From an uncultured Verrucomicrobiae bacterium (lineage in GTDB: Bacteria; Verrucomicrobiota; Verrucomicrobiia; Limisphaerales; J093): a stretch of 64,000 nt of DNA. Each line of letters begins with the position of its first letter. Position 1 is the first letter of the stretch. Below the pieces are notes generated by a model that searched no databases, had not been told where the DNA came from, and worked only from the letters and a program-made list of their open reading frames with translations. Shown here piece after piece: positions 46,845-57,286 of the stretch. The stretch spans positions 21,304-85,303 of the forward strand of contig CAWJWM010000014.1 in the NCBI GenBank assembly GCA_963846445.1, written 5' to 3'. The position numbers and the translations under genes are program-made.

Positions 46845-48248
46845 ATGCTGTTTAACTCGGGCGTCTTTCTCCAGTTCTTCGCCGCGTTCCTGCTGCTCTA
46901 TTACCTGGTCCGGAACCACTTGGCGGCGCGGAACCTGCTGATCGTCCTCGCCAGCTACCTCTTTTACGGATGGTGGGATTACCGGTTCCTGTCCCTGCTG
47001 ATCGTATCGAGCCTGCTCGACTACGGCGTGGGTCGGGCGCTGGGTCACTGTGCGGAACCGCGGCGCCGAAAGCTCTGGCTGGCCCTGAGCCTCACCGGAA
47101 GTCTCGGCCTGCTCGGCTTCTTCAAGTACTACAATTTCTTCGTCGACTCCGCTGCGGCTCTGCTCGGGCAATTGGGGCTGCACGTCGAACCGCGCACCCT
47201 CAACATCATCCTGCCCGTTGGCATCTCCTTCTACACGTTCCAGACCATGAGCTACACGCTGGACGTGTACCGCCGGACCATAGCCCCGACGCGGGATCTG
47301 CTCGGTTTTCTGGCGTACGTCTCGTTCTTCCCGCAACTGGTTGCAGGCCCGATCGAGCGCGCCAGCAGCCTGCTGCCCCAGTTCTCCCAGACGCGCTCGA
47401 TCACGCGCGAACGCTTGATCGAGGGCGCGTGGCTGATGATTTGGGGCATGTTCAAGAAAGTGGTCGTGGCGGACAACCTGGCGCCCCTTGTCGAGATGGT
47501 GTTCGATCACCCGGCGCCGGCTGGGCCCATGGTCGTGCTCGGCACGGTCGCTTTCGCCTTTCAGATCTATGGGGACTTCTCGGGCTATTCGGACATGGCC
47601 CGCGGCCTGGCCAGCGTGCTCGGATTCGATCTGATGCTCAATTTCAACCTGCCCTATTCGGCCACCAGCCCCCGTGACTTCTGGCGGCGCTGGCACATCA
47701 GCCTCTCCACCTGGCTGCGGGATTACCTCTACATCACGCTGGGCGGCAATCGCCGCGGGATCGGGCGGACACGACTCAACCTGCTCCTGACCATGGTGCT
47801 GGGAGGACTCTGGCACGGCGCAGCGTGGAACTTCGTGCTCTGGGGCTTTTGGCACGGCTTGGGCCTCGTGTTGACGCGCCCCTCCGGACGTGGCGTCGCA
47901 GCGGACACCCGCGCGAACTGGCGGCTGCTGCCGTGGGCCGCCACCATGCTCTTCGTGCTGTACGGCTGGCTCCTGTTCCGCGCCGGCTCATTCAGTCATA
48001 TCGTCGAACTGACATCCGCCCTGGCCCGTTGGGAGTGGCCGGCCTGGGGGCAGAGTTATGTCATGAATCTCATCGCATTCACCCTGCCTTTGGCGCTCGC
48101 GCAGGTGTGGCAGGCGCGGGCTGGCGATCTGCTCGCCCCGGCGCGCTGGCCGGCCTGGAGTCGCGCCGTGGTGCAGGGCGCCCTGTTGCTGACCATCGTC
48201 GTCTTCTGGCAGAAAGACGCTGCCCCGTTCATTTACTTCCAGTTTTAA
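46845..48248 (+). CDS. MBOAT family O-acyltransferase (AlgI/DltB-like)
   Basis: Multi-TM 467 aa with the motif [27 protein letters not shown]. Confidence 0.85.
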   Translation: MLFNSGVFLQFFAAFLLLYYLVRNHLAARNLLIVLASYLFYGWWDYRFLSLLIVSSLLDYGVGRALGHCAEPRRRKLWLALSLTGSLGLLGFFKYYNFFVDSAAALLGQLGLHVEPRTLNIILPVGISFYTFQTMSYTLDVYRRTIAPTRDLLGFLAYVSFFPQLVAGPIERASSLLPQFSQTRSITRERLIEGAWLMIWGMFKKVVVADNLAPLVEMVFDHPAPAGPMVVLGTVAFAFQIYGDFSGYSDMARGLASVLGFDLMLNFNLPYSATSPRDFWRRWHISLSTWLRDYLYITLGGNRRGIGRTRLNLLLTMVLGGLWHGAAWNFVLWGFWHGLGLVLTRPSGRGVAADTRANWRLLPWAATMLFVLYGWLLFRAGSFSHIVELTSALARWEWPAWGQSYVMNLIAFTLPLALAQVWQARAGDLLAPARWPAWSRAVVQGALLLTIVVFWQKDAAPFIYFQF

Positions 48249-49258
48249 TGCGCAGTCATCAGAGCACATTCACCGTGCGCGATCTGGCCACAGTCGCGGG
48301 CGCCCCGATCGGGGCGCTCCTCCTGTTCGCCGCCGTGCTCCACGTCGCGGCGGCGGCGCGCTGGTTGCCGGCGCCGCGCCCGACGCTCGACATGGACCGC
48401 ACCCTGCTGATCCACCAGGCGGACGCGAGCCGGTCGATCCAGGACGCCACGGTCCTCTTGGTTGGCGACTCGTCCTGCCTGATGGATGTGTCGGCGACGG
48501 GCCTGACGCAGCAACTCGGCCGGTCTGCTGTGAACGTGGGACTCTTGAGTTACCTCGATCTCCCCAGCTTCGGCCTGTTGGTTCGGAACTTCGCCGAGGC
48601 CAATCCCGGGCGCCTGGAGACGGTTGTCCTGTTGCTGCACCCCGAGAGCCTGCGACTCGAGGTTCCCTCCGCCTACCATCGCGCGCAGCTTGCGGATTAC
48701 CTGGCTGGACGCGACTCCCGACCGCCGCGCGGGATCGGGGCGCGGCTCCAGGCGGTGTTGGGCGCCGACCGGCTGCGCGGGAGGTTGTGGGCGCGGTTCA
48801 TGCCTGTTCCCCTGCACGGCGAGGCCGGACGTTTCTACGGGTTTACGCACGACTTTTCGCGCTGGTTATCCGCACACAGGGGCAGCGCGGTCGACCCGGG
48901 TCGATTCGACCGGAGCCAGGCACAAGGCAATGCCGAGTATCGCCTGGCCAGGCGGTTCGAGTCCGAAAGCCGGCAATTCAAGAAATGCCTGCCGCCTGGT
49001 GTGCGGCTTGCCGTCGGCCTGACTCCTGCGCCGGCATCCTTCGTCAACCCCAACCACGCGGCCGCTTGCGGGCAAATGCTCGAACAATGGGCGGACTGGT
49101 TGGAGGCAGAGGCGGCGCTCGTCGGGCTCCCGGCAGCCTGGCCTGATGACCAATTCGCGAGCGTCACCCATCTGACCGAGGAGGGACAGAAGCGGTTCAC
49201 GGAACGGCTGGCTGCCGAATTGCAGGCGATTGCAGGGAGCAACCGATCGGCTCTTTGA
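48248..49258 (+). CDS. SGNH/GDSL-like partner protein of the MBOAT (AlgJ/AlgX-like role inferred)
   Basis: The start overlaps the MBOAT stop (TAATG). N-terminal TM, then the LLVGDSSCLMDV block. Confidence 0.6.
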   Translation: MRSHQSTFTVRDLATVAGAPIGALLLFAAVLHVAAAARWLPAPRPTLDMDRTLLIHQADASRSIQDATVLLVGDSSCLMDVSATGLTQQLGRSAVNVGLLSYLDLPSFGLLVRNFAEANPGRLETVVLLLHPESLRLEVPSAYHRAQLADYLAGRDSRPPRGIGARLQAVLGADRLRGRLWARFMPVPLHGEAGRFYGFTHDFSRWLSAHRGSAVDPGRFDRSQAQGNAEYRLARRFESESRQFKKCLPPGVRLAVGLTPAPASFVNPNHAAACGQMLEQWADWLEAEAALVGLPAAWPDDQFASVTHLTEEGQKRFTERLAAELQAIAGSNRSAL

Positions 49259-49284
49259 GCATGGCACCTCTTCTCTGCTTCAAC

Positions 49285-49570
49285 TTGAGCCCGGAGGCAC
49301 GCGCGACAGCATCAATGGCGGCGCGTTCTGCGTCGACATGACCGGCTATTCCGACCGGCCGCAAAGCTGGCGGATCATTGATTACCCGGCAAGCTACCAC
49401 AATGGCGCCAGCGGCTTTTCCTTGCCGATGGCCATGCCGAAATCCGCAAGTGGAAGGGCGTCCGCACCGTGCCGAAACTCAAGAAGAACCGAGACTTGGA
49501 CTTGGATGTGGCGTCGCCCAACAACCTGGACGTGCTTTGGATGCAGCAACGGTCGACGCGCGCCAAGTGA
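49285..49570 (+). pseudogene. 3' remnant of an H-X9-DG pseudopilin-like gene (no N-terminal methylation domain; one missing base near 49421)
   Basis: GGAFCVDMTGYSDRPQSWRIIDYPASYHNGASGFS continues in the -1 frame as ADGHAEIRKWKGVRTVPKLKKNRDLDLDVASPNNLDVLWMQQRSTRAK, with the stop at 49568-49570. Confidence 0.55.
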
Positions 49571-49620
49571 GGCCCGCGACTGCCGGGCGACCTGATCTCC
49601 TCGGGGCCCTGCTCGGCCCC

Positions 49621-50734
49621 TTACTTGACCCATTCGACCTGGATGGACTGGGGATCGCTGGTGCCGATCTCGACCAGCGTGGCATTCTGGTAGAGTTGGA
49701 GGTTGGGTTTGACGGCCAACGCCCCGACGAGCGCGCGCTGGCGTTCGAGTTCCTCGATGGAGAGCACGTCCAACGCCACGGGGTCGGCGCTGAAGCGGAG
49801 TTGATCCAGGACAACCGTGTAGTGGAGGAGACTGCGCTCCTCGCCATGGTATTGTGCCAGAAGCGCGTCGACGATGTTCAGGACCACCCGATCGCCGAGG
49901 ACGGGCAGGGCGTAGATCTCCGGCACCGCGAGCGCGAGCTGTCTGGCGTCGTCTATGAACCGCACGGTATTGTCGACGCTGCCGAGCGCAGAGACTGAAC
50001 AGGTTGCCTGAGACGCTTGCGAAGTTGTGATTGAGCAGGGGGGTGATGTTGATGATCTTGGTCATTTGCCGGGTGACGAGCTTCGAGACGTAGGACTTGC
50101 GCCCCACGCCCGGCCCGCGCTGCCCGAACTCGTGGTCGCCCCAGACCGGTTGTCCCATGAAAGCGCTTTCGTAAGAATGGTCCGCGTCGTAGCCGGTCTC
50201 AGTGCTGGCCTCGATCCGTATTCCGTACCGTTCGGCGAGGGCGAAGTACCCGGCCAGACGCAGATGGCCGAGCTGGCGGTCCCAGACGATCACGCGGGAG
50301 GGGGAATGACCCGCCTCGAGCAGGGATTGGATCACCCCCTCGACCACGGCCGGGCGGGTGCCGCTGGTGGCCCCGGGCGCGGAAAAGACCTTCAGTCCGA
50401 CCACATCTTCGGGGCAGACCAGACTCCGCCAGGCCTCCTGGATCGTCGCCTTGAGCGTCAGATTCGTCAGTCCCCGGTCCACCATGCGCCGGATGACCTC
50501 CAGGCGAGGGTTGAAAGAGACGATGGCGCCCGGTTCTTCGACGACCACGACCCGCGCTCTCGGCGCGGGCGAGGCACCCTGAACGGCGAGAGCGCGAGCC
50601 GGCAGACTTTCCCCAGCCTCCGCCAGCGCGGCCAGACAGCCGGCCAGCACCAACACGCCCCAAAACCGGGACTTCAACGCCGGGAGGAGGGGCGACGCCG
50701 GGTTGCTGACCAGCTTGGAGGTTCGCGCGCTCAA
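49621..50734 (-). pseudogene. DUF362-like domain protein; one apparent +1 frameshift near 49992; start uncertain (TTG 50734 or 50677)
   Basis: ..VVGLKVFSAPGATSGTRPAVVEGVIQSLLEAGHSP..ITPLLNHNFASVSGNLFSL, then (next frame) ALGSVDNTVRFIDDARQLALAVPEIYALPVLGDRVVLNIVDAL..QVEWVK. Confidence 0.6.
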
Positions 50735-50791
50735 CGCAGGTAACGGTGCCTTTCTTGACTCGTCGGGCGCGCGATGCTACCACCGGACCAC

Positions 50792-53023
50792 ATGCTGACC
50801 ACCAAAAAGTGGCGCTTCGCCATTGCCGTCGAGGTCACGACGATTCGTCGCGGCATTGCCGGATCTCTCGGCGCGCTGCTGGCGGTTCTTGTCCTGACAG
50901 GATGCTCTCCCCCCGGACGCCGGAACCTCCTGCAAGGCGAACGGCTCATCCGCCAGGGCCGCCCCGCGGAGGCGATTCGGCCACTTCAGGAGGCCGTGAC
51001 CCTGTTGGCAACCAACGCCCCGGCTTGCGCCCAGGCCTGGAACTTCCTCGGGCTGGCCTACCACTACGCCAATCAACCCGCCGGCGCCGCTCAGGCCTAC
51101 CAAAACGCCCTCGCCCATGATTTCAATCTGGTCGTCGTTCGCTTCAACCGCGGCTGCCTCTTCCTGGAGCAGAACAACCTCCCGGCCGCCATCAACGAAT
51201 TGACCACGTACACCACACACCAGCCCAAAGACGCCCTCGGTTGGACAAAGCTGGGCGCCGCTCAGATGCGCTCCCGGCAGGTCGAGCCCGCAGAAGCCAG
51301 CTTCCGACGCGCGCTCGACTTGAGTCCGCGCCCGGCCCTGGCGGCTGAAATCCTCAACAATCTCGGTTTGTGCAGCGTCCTCCGCCGACGCCCCGACGAT
51401 GCCTTGAAGTACTTCAACTCCGCGCTCCGACAAGAAACCAACCATCCGCCTGCCCTGCTCAACCAAGCCATCATCGCGCATCAGCAGAATCACGACCTCC
51501 CGCTGGCCCTCGACCGATATCGCGCCTACCTCAACACGCCCAGCTCCCGCCCCCACGCCGCCGCAGTCTCCAATCTCGCCAGCCAGATTGACACGGAGCT
51601 TCGTTTGCGCGCCGCAGCCACAAGCGTGGTGCCAACTCTGGTCTTGGTCACGAACTTGCTGCCTCAACCGACGAACGCTCTCCTGACCGCGCGGCCTCCC
51701 GCAGAGCCGCCTGTGGCGGTGACCAGCCCGCCACTCCCGGCGCTGCAACCGACCCCACCCTCGCCCGCCACCAGTGTTGTCCACCTTGCCGCCTCGCCTC
51801 CCGCGCCTGCGACGGCGTCCACCCCGGTCGCTCCGGAACCGCGCACTCCCCACGGGCCGACCAACACGGCCCAGCCTCCGCCCATCGCGAAGATCGAGGT
51901 CCCCACGCCCGCGCCTCCGACCGCGCCCGTCACAGCGTCCGCCACCGTCGCTCCGGAACCGCGCACCGCGCCCGCACCCACGAACCAGGTGCAACCTCCC
52001 GCAGCGGTCGTCAGAGTCGAGCCGCCACCAACGCCTGAAGCGGAAGCCCCCTCAGCTCCCGTCGAAGTGGTGCGCCTCGAAACGGAGCGGGAAGTCAAGA
52101 CCGCCCAGGACATCGCCGTTCCCGTTCGAACCGCTCTTCTGCCCACAGCACCCCCTTCGGAACCCGCGCCCAGGGTCGCCTCGCCCTCCCCTGCGCCTCC
52201 GTCGACAATCACCCCGACCCCGGCGCCTTCGGCTGCGAGGCCGGCGGTTGATTCGAGATCGAGTTCCCCGCCGCCGCCGAAGAAGAAATCCCTCGTGCAG
52301 CGGCTCAATCCGTTGGGCTGGATCGGAGGTAAGGACAAGACCGGAGAGCCGCCGCGGATGGAGACTGCGACCACACCACTAGCGAGTCCCCGGGGAGTCG
52401 CTCGAGAATCGGGCGGTACGACGAGTTCCGCCGTGTCGAGTCCGCCCGTGACGCCCCGCCCCGCGACTGCGCCTGCCCCCGCAACGCCCCCGGCGCCGGC
52501 GGTTGCCCGCTACAATTACCTGCGTCCGGGAGTCCCCGCCCCCGGCAATCGCGCCCGCGCCCAGGACGCCATCGCCCAAGGGATTCAGGCGCACAGGAGC
52601 GGGCAATACGCTCAAGCCCTGGCGGCGTACAAAGCGGCTGTCCGGGAGGATCCATCGTTCTTCGAGGCGCAGTATAACCTCGGGGTCGCCGCCTTTGATG
52701 CCGGCAGTTGGTCGGAAGCTCTGGTGGCGTTCGAGCAGGCGCTGGCCCTGAGGCCCGAGGATTCCAGCGCGCGGCTCAACTTCGCGTTATCGCTCGACCG
52801 AGCCAACTACCCGGCGGACGCGGCCCAGGAGCTCGAACTGCTGTTGGTCCGGGCGCCCGGGAGCATCGACGCCCACGCCACGCTCGCCAACCTGTACGCC
52901 GAGAAACTGGCGGACAACGACAAGGCGCGGGTTCACTACACCAAGGTGCTTCAACTGAATCCGCGGCACCCGCAAGCGGCGGCCATCCGCCGCTGGCTCA
53001 CGGTCCACCGGCTCCGCCCGTAA
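50792..53023 (+). CDS. TPR-repeat lipoprotein with ~300-aa proline-rich disordered centre
   Basis: Lipobox LVLTGCS. TPR-like repeats at both ends (AWNFLGLAYHYANQPAGAAQAYQNAL, FEAQYNLGVAAFDAGSWSEAL). ATG 50774 is an alternative start. Confidence 0.8.
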   Translation: MLTTKKWRFAIAVEVTTIRRGIAGSLGALLAVLVLTGCSPPGRRNLLQGERLIRQGRPAEAIRPLQEAVTLLATNAPACAQAWNFLGLAYHYANQPAGAAQAYQNALAHDFNLVVVRFNRGCLFLEQNNLPAAINELTTYTTHQPKDALGWTKLGAAQMRSRQVEPAEASFRRALDLSPRPALAAEILNNLGLCSVLRRRPDDALKYFNSALRQETNHPPALLNQAIIAHQQNHDLPLALDRYRAYLNTPSSRPHAAAVSNLASQIDTELRLRAAATSVVPTLVLVTNLLPQPTNALLTARPPAEPPVAVTSPPLPALQPTPPSPATSVVHLAASPPAPATASTPVAPEPRTPHGPTNTAQPPPIAKIEVPTPAPPTAPVTASATVAPEPRTAPAPTNQVQPPAAVVRVEPPPTPEAEAPSAPVEVVRLETEREVKTAQDIAVPVRTALLPTAPPSEPAPRVASPSPAPPSTITPTPAPSAARPAVDSRSSSPPPPKKKSLVQRLNPLGWIGGKDKTGEPPRMETATTPLASPRGVARESGGTTSSAVSSPPVTPRPATAPAPATPPAPAVARYNYLRPGVPAPGNRARAQDAIAQGIQAHRSGQYAQALAAYKAAVREDPSFFEAQYNLGVAAFDAGSWSEALVAFEQALALRPEDSSARLNFALSLDRANYPADAAQELELLLVRAPGSIDAHATLANLYAEKLADNDKARVHYTKVLQLNPRHPQAAAIRRWLTVHRLRP

Positions 53024-53143
53024 GTCTGTCAGATTCAATCCGTCTTTGACTTCCGGCGTCTTTTTGGCGACGTTTGCCGCGCTTTTGTCCAAAGGGGCCG
53101 CGGCGAACCGGCCTGCGGCAGGCAGGGATATCGCGCACTGCAC

Positions 53144-55981
53144 ATGGGAAAGGAACTCATCATCGCGGAAAAGCCGTCGGTGGCCGCCGACATCGCGAAG
53201 GCGTTGGGCGGATTCAAACGGCACGAGGATTACTTCGAAAGCGATCAGTTCGTTCTTTCGTCGGCGGTGGGCCATTTGCTCGAACTGGCGGTGCCCGAGG
53301 AGTTCGAGATCGCACGCGGCAAGTGGACATTCACCCACCTCCCGCACTTGCCCCCGCGGTTCGACCTGGCGCCGATCGAGAGAAACGCGAACCGGCTCAA
53401 GGTGCTGCAGAAGCTGATCCGGCGAAAGGACGTCGACCGACTGATCAACGCGTGCGATGCGGGACGAGAAGGGGAGTTGATCTTCCGCAACGTTGCCGGG
53501 TACACGCAAGCCAAGCAGCCCATCCGCCGCCTCTGGCTCCAATCGATGACCCCTGCCGCCATCCGGGATGCCTTTGCCCACCTCCGAACCGACGACGAGA
53601 TGCGGCCTTTGGCGGACGCCTCGATCTGCCGGGCGGAAGCCGATTGGCTGGTGGGGATCAACGGCACGCGGGCGATGACCGCGTTCAATAACCGCACCGG
53701 CGGGTTCAATAAGACGACCGTCGGCCGCGTCCAGACGCCCACCCTGGCCATCGTGGTCGAACGCGAACAGCGAATTCGGGCGTTCCGCCCGAGAGACTAC
53801 TGGGAGGTCCATGCGACGTTCGCCGCCGCCAGCGGAAGTTACAAGGGCCGCTGGTTCGATGCGAAGTTCACCAAGGACACCGACGGCGCCGACGGCGAAA
53901 AAGACGATCTCAGGCCGGAGCGGATTTGGGATCAGGCCCGGGCCGAGGCCATCCGCGCCAAGTGCCTGGGCCGCCCGGGCGTGGTCACCGAGGAAAGCAA
54001 ACCCACCACGCAGCTCTCGCCGCTCCTCTACGACCTCACCAGCCTCCAGCGGGAAGCGAATAACCGCTTCGGCTTCGCCGCGGCGAGCACGCTCAAGATC
54101 GCCCAGGCCCTCTACGAAAGACACAAGGTCCTCACCTATCCGCGCACCGACTCGCGCGCTCTGCCGGAGGACTACGAGGCTACAGTGAAAGCCACACTCG
54201 AGTCCTTCCGCGAAGGCGCCTATGGCGCATTTGCTCAGCACATCCTCGATCATCACTGGGTGCGGCCCAACAAGCGAATCTTCAACAACGCCAAGGTCTC
54301 GGACCATTTCGCGATCATTCCGACGCCCCTGGCGCCCAAGCACCTCACGGAGGCCGAGCAGAAGATCTACGACATGGTGGCCAAGCGGTTTCTCGCGGTG
54401 TTCTACCCGGCCGCGGAGTTCCTGGTCACCACCCGCATCACACGGGTCGAGGCCGAGCCGTTCAAGAGCGAAGGCAAGGTCATGGTCAACCCAGGCTGGC
54501 TCGTGGTTTACGGGCGCGCTGCCCAGGACGACGACTCTCCCAGCCTGCCCCGCGTCGCGCCCAACGAGACCGTCTCGACCGTCGAGCTTGTCGTCCAGGC
54601 CTGCCAGACCAAACCTCCCGCCCGGTTCACGGAAGCCACCCTGCTCTCAGCCATGGAGGGCGCGGGCAAACTCGTCGAGGACGACGAGTTGCGGGAAGCC
54701 ATGGCCGAGAAGGGCCTGGGCACGCCTGCCACCCGCGCCCAGATTATCGAGGGCCTCATCGCAGAAAGCTATCTCCTCCGCCATGGGAAGGAACTGCAGC
54801 CGACTGCGAAGGCCTTTTCGCTGATGGTCCTGCTGAACGGGCTCGGGGTGGAAGCCCTCACCAAACCGGAACTGACGGGCGATTGGGAGTATAAGCTCAA
54901 ACAGATGGAACGTGGCCGTCTGAAACGCGACACGTTCATGAAGGAGATCCGCGGGCTGGCCGAAGACATCGTCCGGCGCGCCAAGGCCTACGAACACGAC
55001 ACCATCCCCGGCGATTTCGGCCTCCTCAGCGCGCCTTGCCCAAAATGCGGCGGCGAAGTGCACGAGAACTACAAGAAATTCCAATGCCAGAATCCAGCCT
55101 GCGATTTCGGCCTCTGGAAGATCGTCTCCGGACGCCAGTTCGAGGCGGCGGAAATCGATCAGTTGATCACCCAGAAGCAGATCGGCCCGCTCCAGGGGTT
55201 CCGCAGCAAACTGGGCAAGCCTTTCGCAGCCGTGATCCGGCTGAATCCCGACTACAGGATCGAGTTCGATTTCGGCAACGACACTCAGGACGGTCAGCAC
55301 GGTGGCCCTGCGGCCGAGGTCGATTTCACCGGCAAGGAACCCGTGGGCGCCTGCCCCAAATGCCGCCACCGGGTTTTCGAGAACGGTATGCACTACGTCT
55401 GCGAGAAAGCCGTCGGCGCCAAACGGGCGTGCGATTTCCGGGCCGGCGCGGTCATCCTGCAGCAACCCGTCGACCGCACCCAGTTCTCGAAGCTCCTGGC
55501 CCAAGGAAAAACCGACCTGCTCAAAGGCTTCGTCTCGAAGAGGAACGGCCGGAAATTCGAGGCCTTCCTCGTCCTCAAAGACGGCGCCGTCCGTTTCGAG
55601 TTCGTCCCTCGACCGGCACGGACCCGAAGCGACCCCGCCGGCAAGAAATCGGCCCCCTCGAACGCCCCGCTCGATTTCACCGGCCAAGAATCGCTCGGCG
55701 CCTGCCCGCTCTGCGGCGGACGTGTCTTCGAATCGGACCGGCACTACCTCTGCGAGCGAACACAGGACAAAACCAAACCCTGCAAGTTCAAGACCGGACG
55801 CGTCATCCTGAGTCGCCCCATCGAGCGTGCCGAACTCGGCGCCCTCCTGACCCGAGGACGCACCGAGTTGTTGTCCCAGTTCACCTCCAAAACCGGACGC
55901 CCCTTCTCCGCCTACCTCGTCATCGGCGAGGGCGGCAAGGTCGGCTTCGAGTTCCCACCCCGGGATGGCGAGCCGGGCTGA
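53144..55981 (+). CDS. topB: DNA topoisomerase III with three C-terminal zinc-ribbon repeat units
   Basis: LIIAEKPSVAADIAKAL, GHLLEL, CDAGREGELIF, LTYPRTDSRALP. Three CPxCGG..-type repeat units, each ending ..FEF/FDF. Confidence 0.85.
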   Translation: MGKELIIAEKPSVAADIAKALGGFKRHEDYFESDQFVLSSAVGHLLELAVPEEFEIARGKWTFTHLPHLPPRFDLAPIERNANRLKVLQKLIRRKDVDRLINACDAGREGELIFRNVAGYTQAKQPIRRLWLQSMTPAAIRDAFAHLRTDDEMRPLADASICRAEADWLVGINGTRAMTAFNNRTGGFNKTTVGRVQTPTLAIVVEREQRIRAFRPRDYWEVHATFAAASGSYKGRWFDAKFTKDTDGADGEKDDLRPERIWDQARAEAIRAKCLGRPGVVTEESKPTTQLSPLLYDLTSLQREANNRFGFAAASTLKIAQALYERHKVLTYPRTDSRALPEDYEATVKATLESFREGAYGAFAQHILDHHWVRPNKRIFNNAKVSDHFAIIPTPLAPKHLTEAEQKIYDMVAKRFLAVFYPAAEFLVTTRITRVEAEPFKSEGKVMVNPGWLVVYGRAAQDDDSPSLPRVAPNETVSTVELVVQACQTKPPARFTEATLLSAMEGAGKLVEDDELREAMAEKGLGTPATRAQIIEGLIAESYLLRHGKELQPTAKAFSLMVLLNGLGVEALTKPELTGDWEYKLKQMERGRLKRDTFMKEIRGLAEDIVRRAKAYEHDTIPGDFGLLSAPCPKCGGEVHENYKKFQCQNPACDFGLWKIVSGRQFEAAEIDQLITQKQIGPLQGFRSKLGKPFAAVIRLNPDYRIEFDFGNDTQDGQHGGPAAEVDFTGKEPVGACPKCRHRVFENGMHYVCEKAVGAKRACDFRAGAVILQQPVDRTQFSKLLAQGKTDLLKGFVSKRNGRKFEAFLVLKDGAVRFEFVPRPARTRSDPAGKKSAPSNAPLDFTGQESLGACPLCGGRVFESDRHYLCERTQDKTKPCKFKTGRVILSRPIERAELGALLTRGRTELLSQFTSKTGRPFSAYLVIGEGGKVGFEFPPRDGEPG

Positions 55982-56018
55982 GACGGCGCCGTCCCATACC
56001 CCCCGCCGCAGCACCCCT

Positions 56019-56513
56019 ATGCCTGCCAATCAAGTCCTGGTTGCGGTGACCGCCGAGACGGCCTTCTTCCGGCTGCGCGGACAGGCCACCGCAAGCCAAT
56101 CCACCGGCTTCAAAAACGCCGCCGAACGACTGCGATCCCAGGGACTGGCCAGTTTTGTCATCGACTTGACCGAGTGCCAATCGATGGACAGCACCTTCAT
56201 CGGCGTCCTGGTCGGTCTGAGTCGCCGGCTGTGTCGCGCAGGAGGCCAGGTCGAACTGATCAACGCGACCGACCAGGTCAAGCGGCAGTTGGACGACCTG
56301 TTCGTGCTCGATCAGTTCAGGCTGACCCAGTGCCACCTCGAGCCGGGCGCGGCCTTTGCGCCCGTCCAGGCGGCCCCCCCCAATAAGAGCGAGTTGTGCC
56401 GCCTGATGCTCGAAGCCCACCAAACGCTGATGGCCGCAAACCCCTCGAATATCCCCAAGTTCAAACTGGTCTCGGAATTCCTCGAACAGGACTTGCAGCA
56501 GTTGAACGGTTAA
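56019..56513 (+). CDS. STAS domain protein (anti-sigma-factor antagonist-like) with C-terminal extension
   Basis: FVIDLTECQSMDSTFIGVLVGL...VELINATDQVKRQLDDL. Confidence 0.7.
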   Translation: MPANQVLVAVTAETAFFRLRGQATASQSTGFKNAAERLRSQGLASFVIDLTECQSMDSTFIGVLVGLSRRLCRAGGQVELINATDQVKRQLDDLFVLDQFRLTQCHLEPGAAFAPVQAAPPNKSELCRLMLEAHQTLMAANPSNIPKFKLVSEFLEQDLQQLNG

Positions 56514-56673
56514 ACGGTTTTTCGGACGTTCGAAGGTTCGACCCGACTGGACTGCACGCTGAGTGGCCTGTCATGTGTCATTATGCATTCTGCAGGAGCA
56601 TGTTACGGCATTGCGTTGCGGAGTGGCACGGGGTTTGCGTGCATGTCGTTCATGCAGCGATGCGTTCAGGAAA

Positions 56674-57078
56674 ATGAACTCGGATCCAGACAAGCCGCCG
56701 ATTGTTGAGGTCGACGAGGGGGATTTTGATCGGGAGGTTCTGGGCTCCCGGCAGCCGGTGCTTGTCGCGTTCGGGGCGCATTGGAGCCGCCCGTGTCGGA
56801 TCCTCGAATCCACCCTGGACGAGGTGGCGTATGCGTGCGTCGGGAGGGTAAGAGTGGTGAGGGTCAACGCCGACGATAACCCTGACCTTAGCATTTGCTA
56901 CGAAATCCAATCGATTCCCACGCTGCTTCTCTTCGTCGACGGAAAGGTCCGCGCCAAAGTCGTCGGGACAGTCAGCAAGGAGGCCGTTCTTTCCCGACTG
57001 CAAACCGTCCTCCCCTGCACCCAATCGCCCCCGCCGCCCCCCGAAGTCGCCAATGAACATGAACTCCGCAATCAGTAA
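56674..57078 (+). CDS. thioredoxin-fold protein with atypical WSRPC active-site motif
   Basis: PVLVAFGAHWSRPCRIL...IQSIPTLLLFVDGKV. The first Cys of the canonical WCGPC motif is replaced by Ser (TGGAGCCGCCCGTGT at 56781-56795). Confidence 0.75.
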   Translation: MNSDPDKPPIVEVDEGDFDREVLGSRQPVLVAFGAHWSRPCRILESTLDEVAYACVGRVRVVRVNADDNPDLSICYEIQSIPTLLLFVDGKVRAKVVGTVSKEAVLSRLQTVLPCTQSPPPPPEVANEHELRNQ

Positions 57079-57090
57079 CTTCTTCTCGGT

Positions 57091-57172
57091 GCAACATCGA
57101 CACGATGTTGTCGTCTCCGCTCGAGCCCCGCGCAGCGGGGCCGCGTCTCTCCGCAACGAACGAGCGGAAAGA
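57091..57172 (+). repeat. module E (three hairpins) immediately after the thioredoxin-like gene
   Basis: CAACATCGACACGATGTTG, GCCCCGCGCAGCGGGGC, TCTCTCCGCAACGAACGAGCGGAAAGA. Aligns with 9196-9264. Confidence 0.8.
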
Positions 57173-57286
57173 CATGGACAACCCCTGGACTCCAAAGCCT
57201 GGAGCCCTCAAGTCGAGGTTGCCCCTCTTTCCTCCCGGTTCGCCGAGTCCGCAGCGTACGATCGGAGGGGGGCCTGGCCATGGAAG

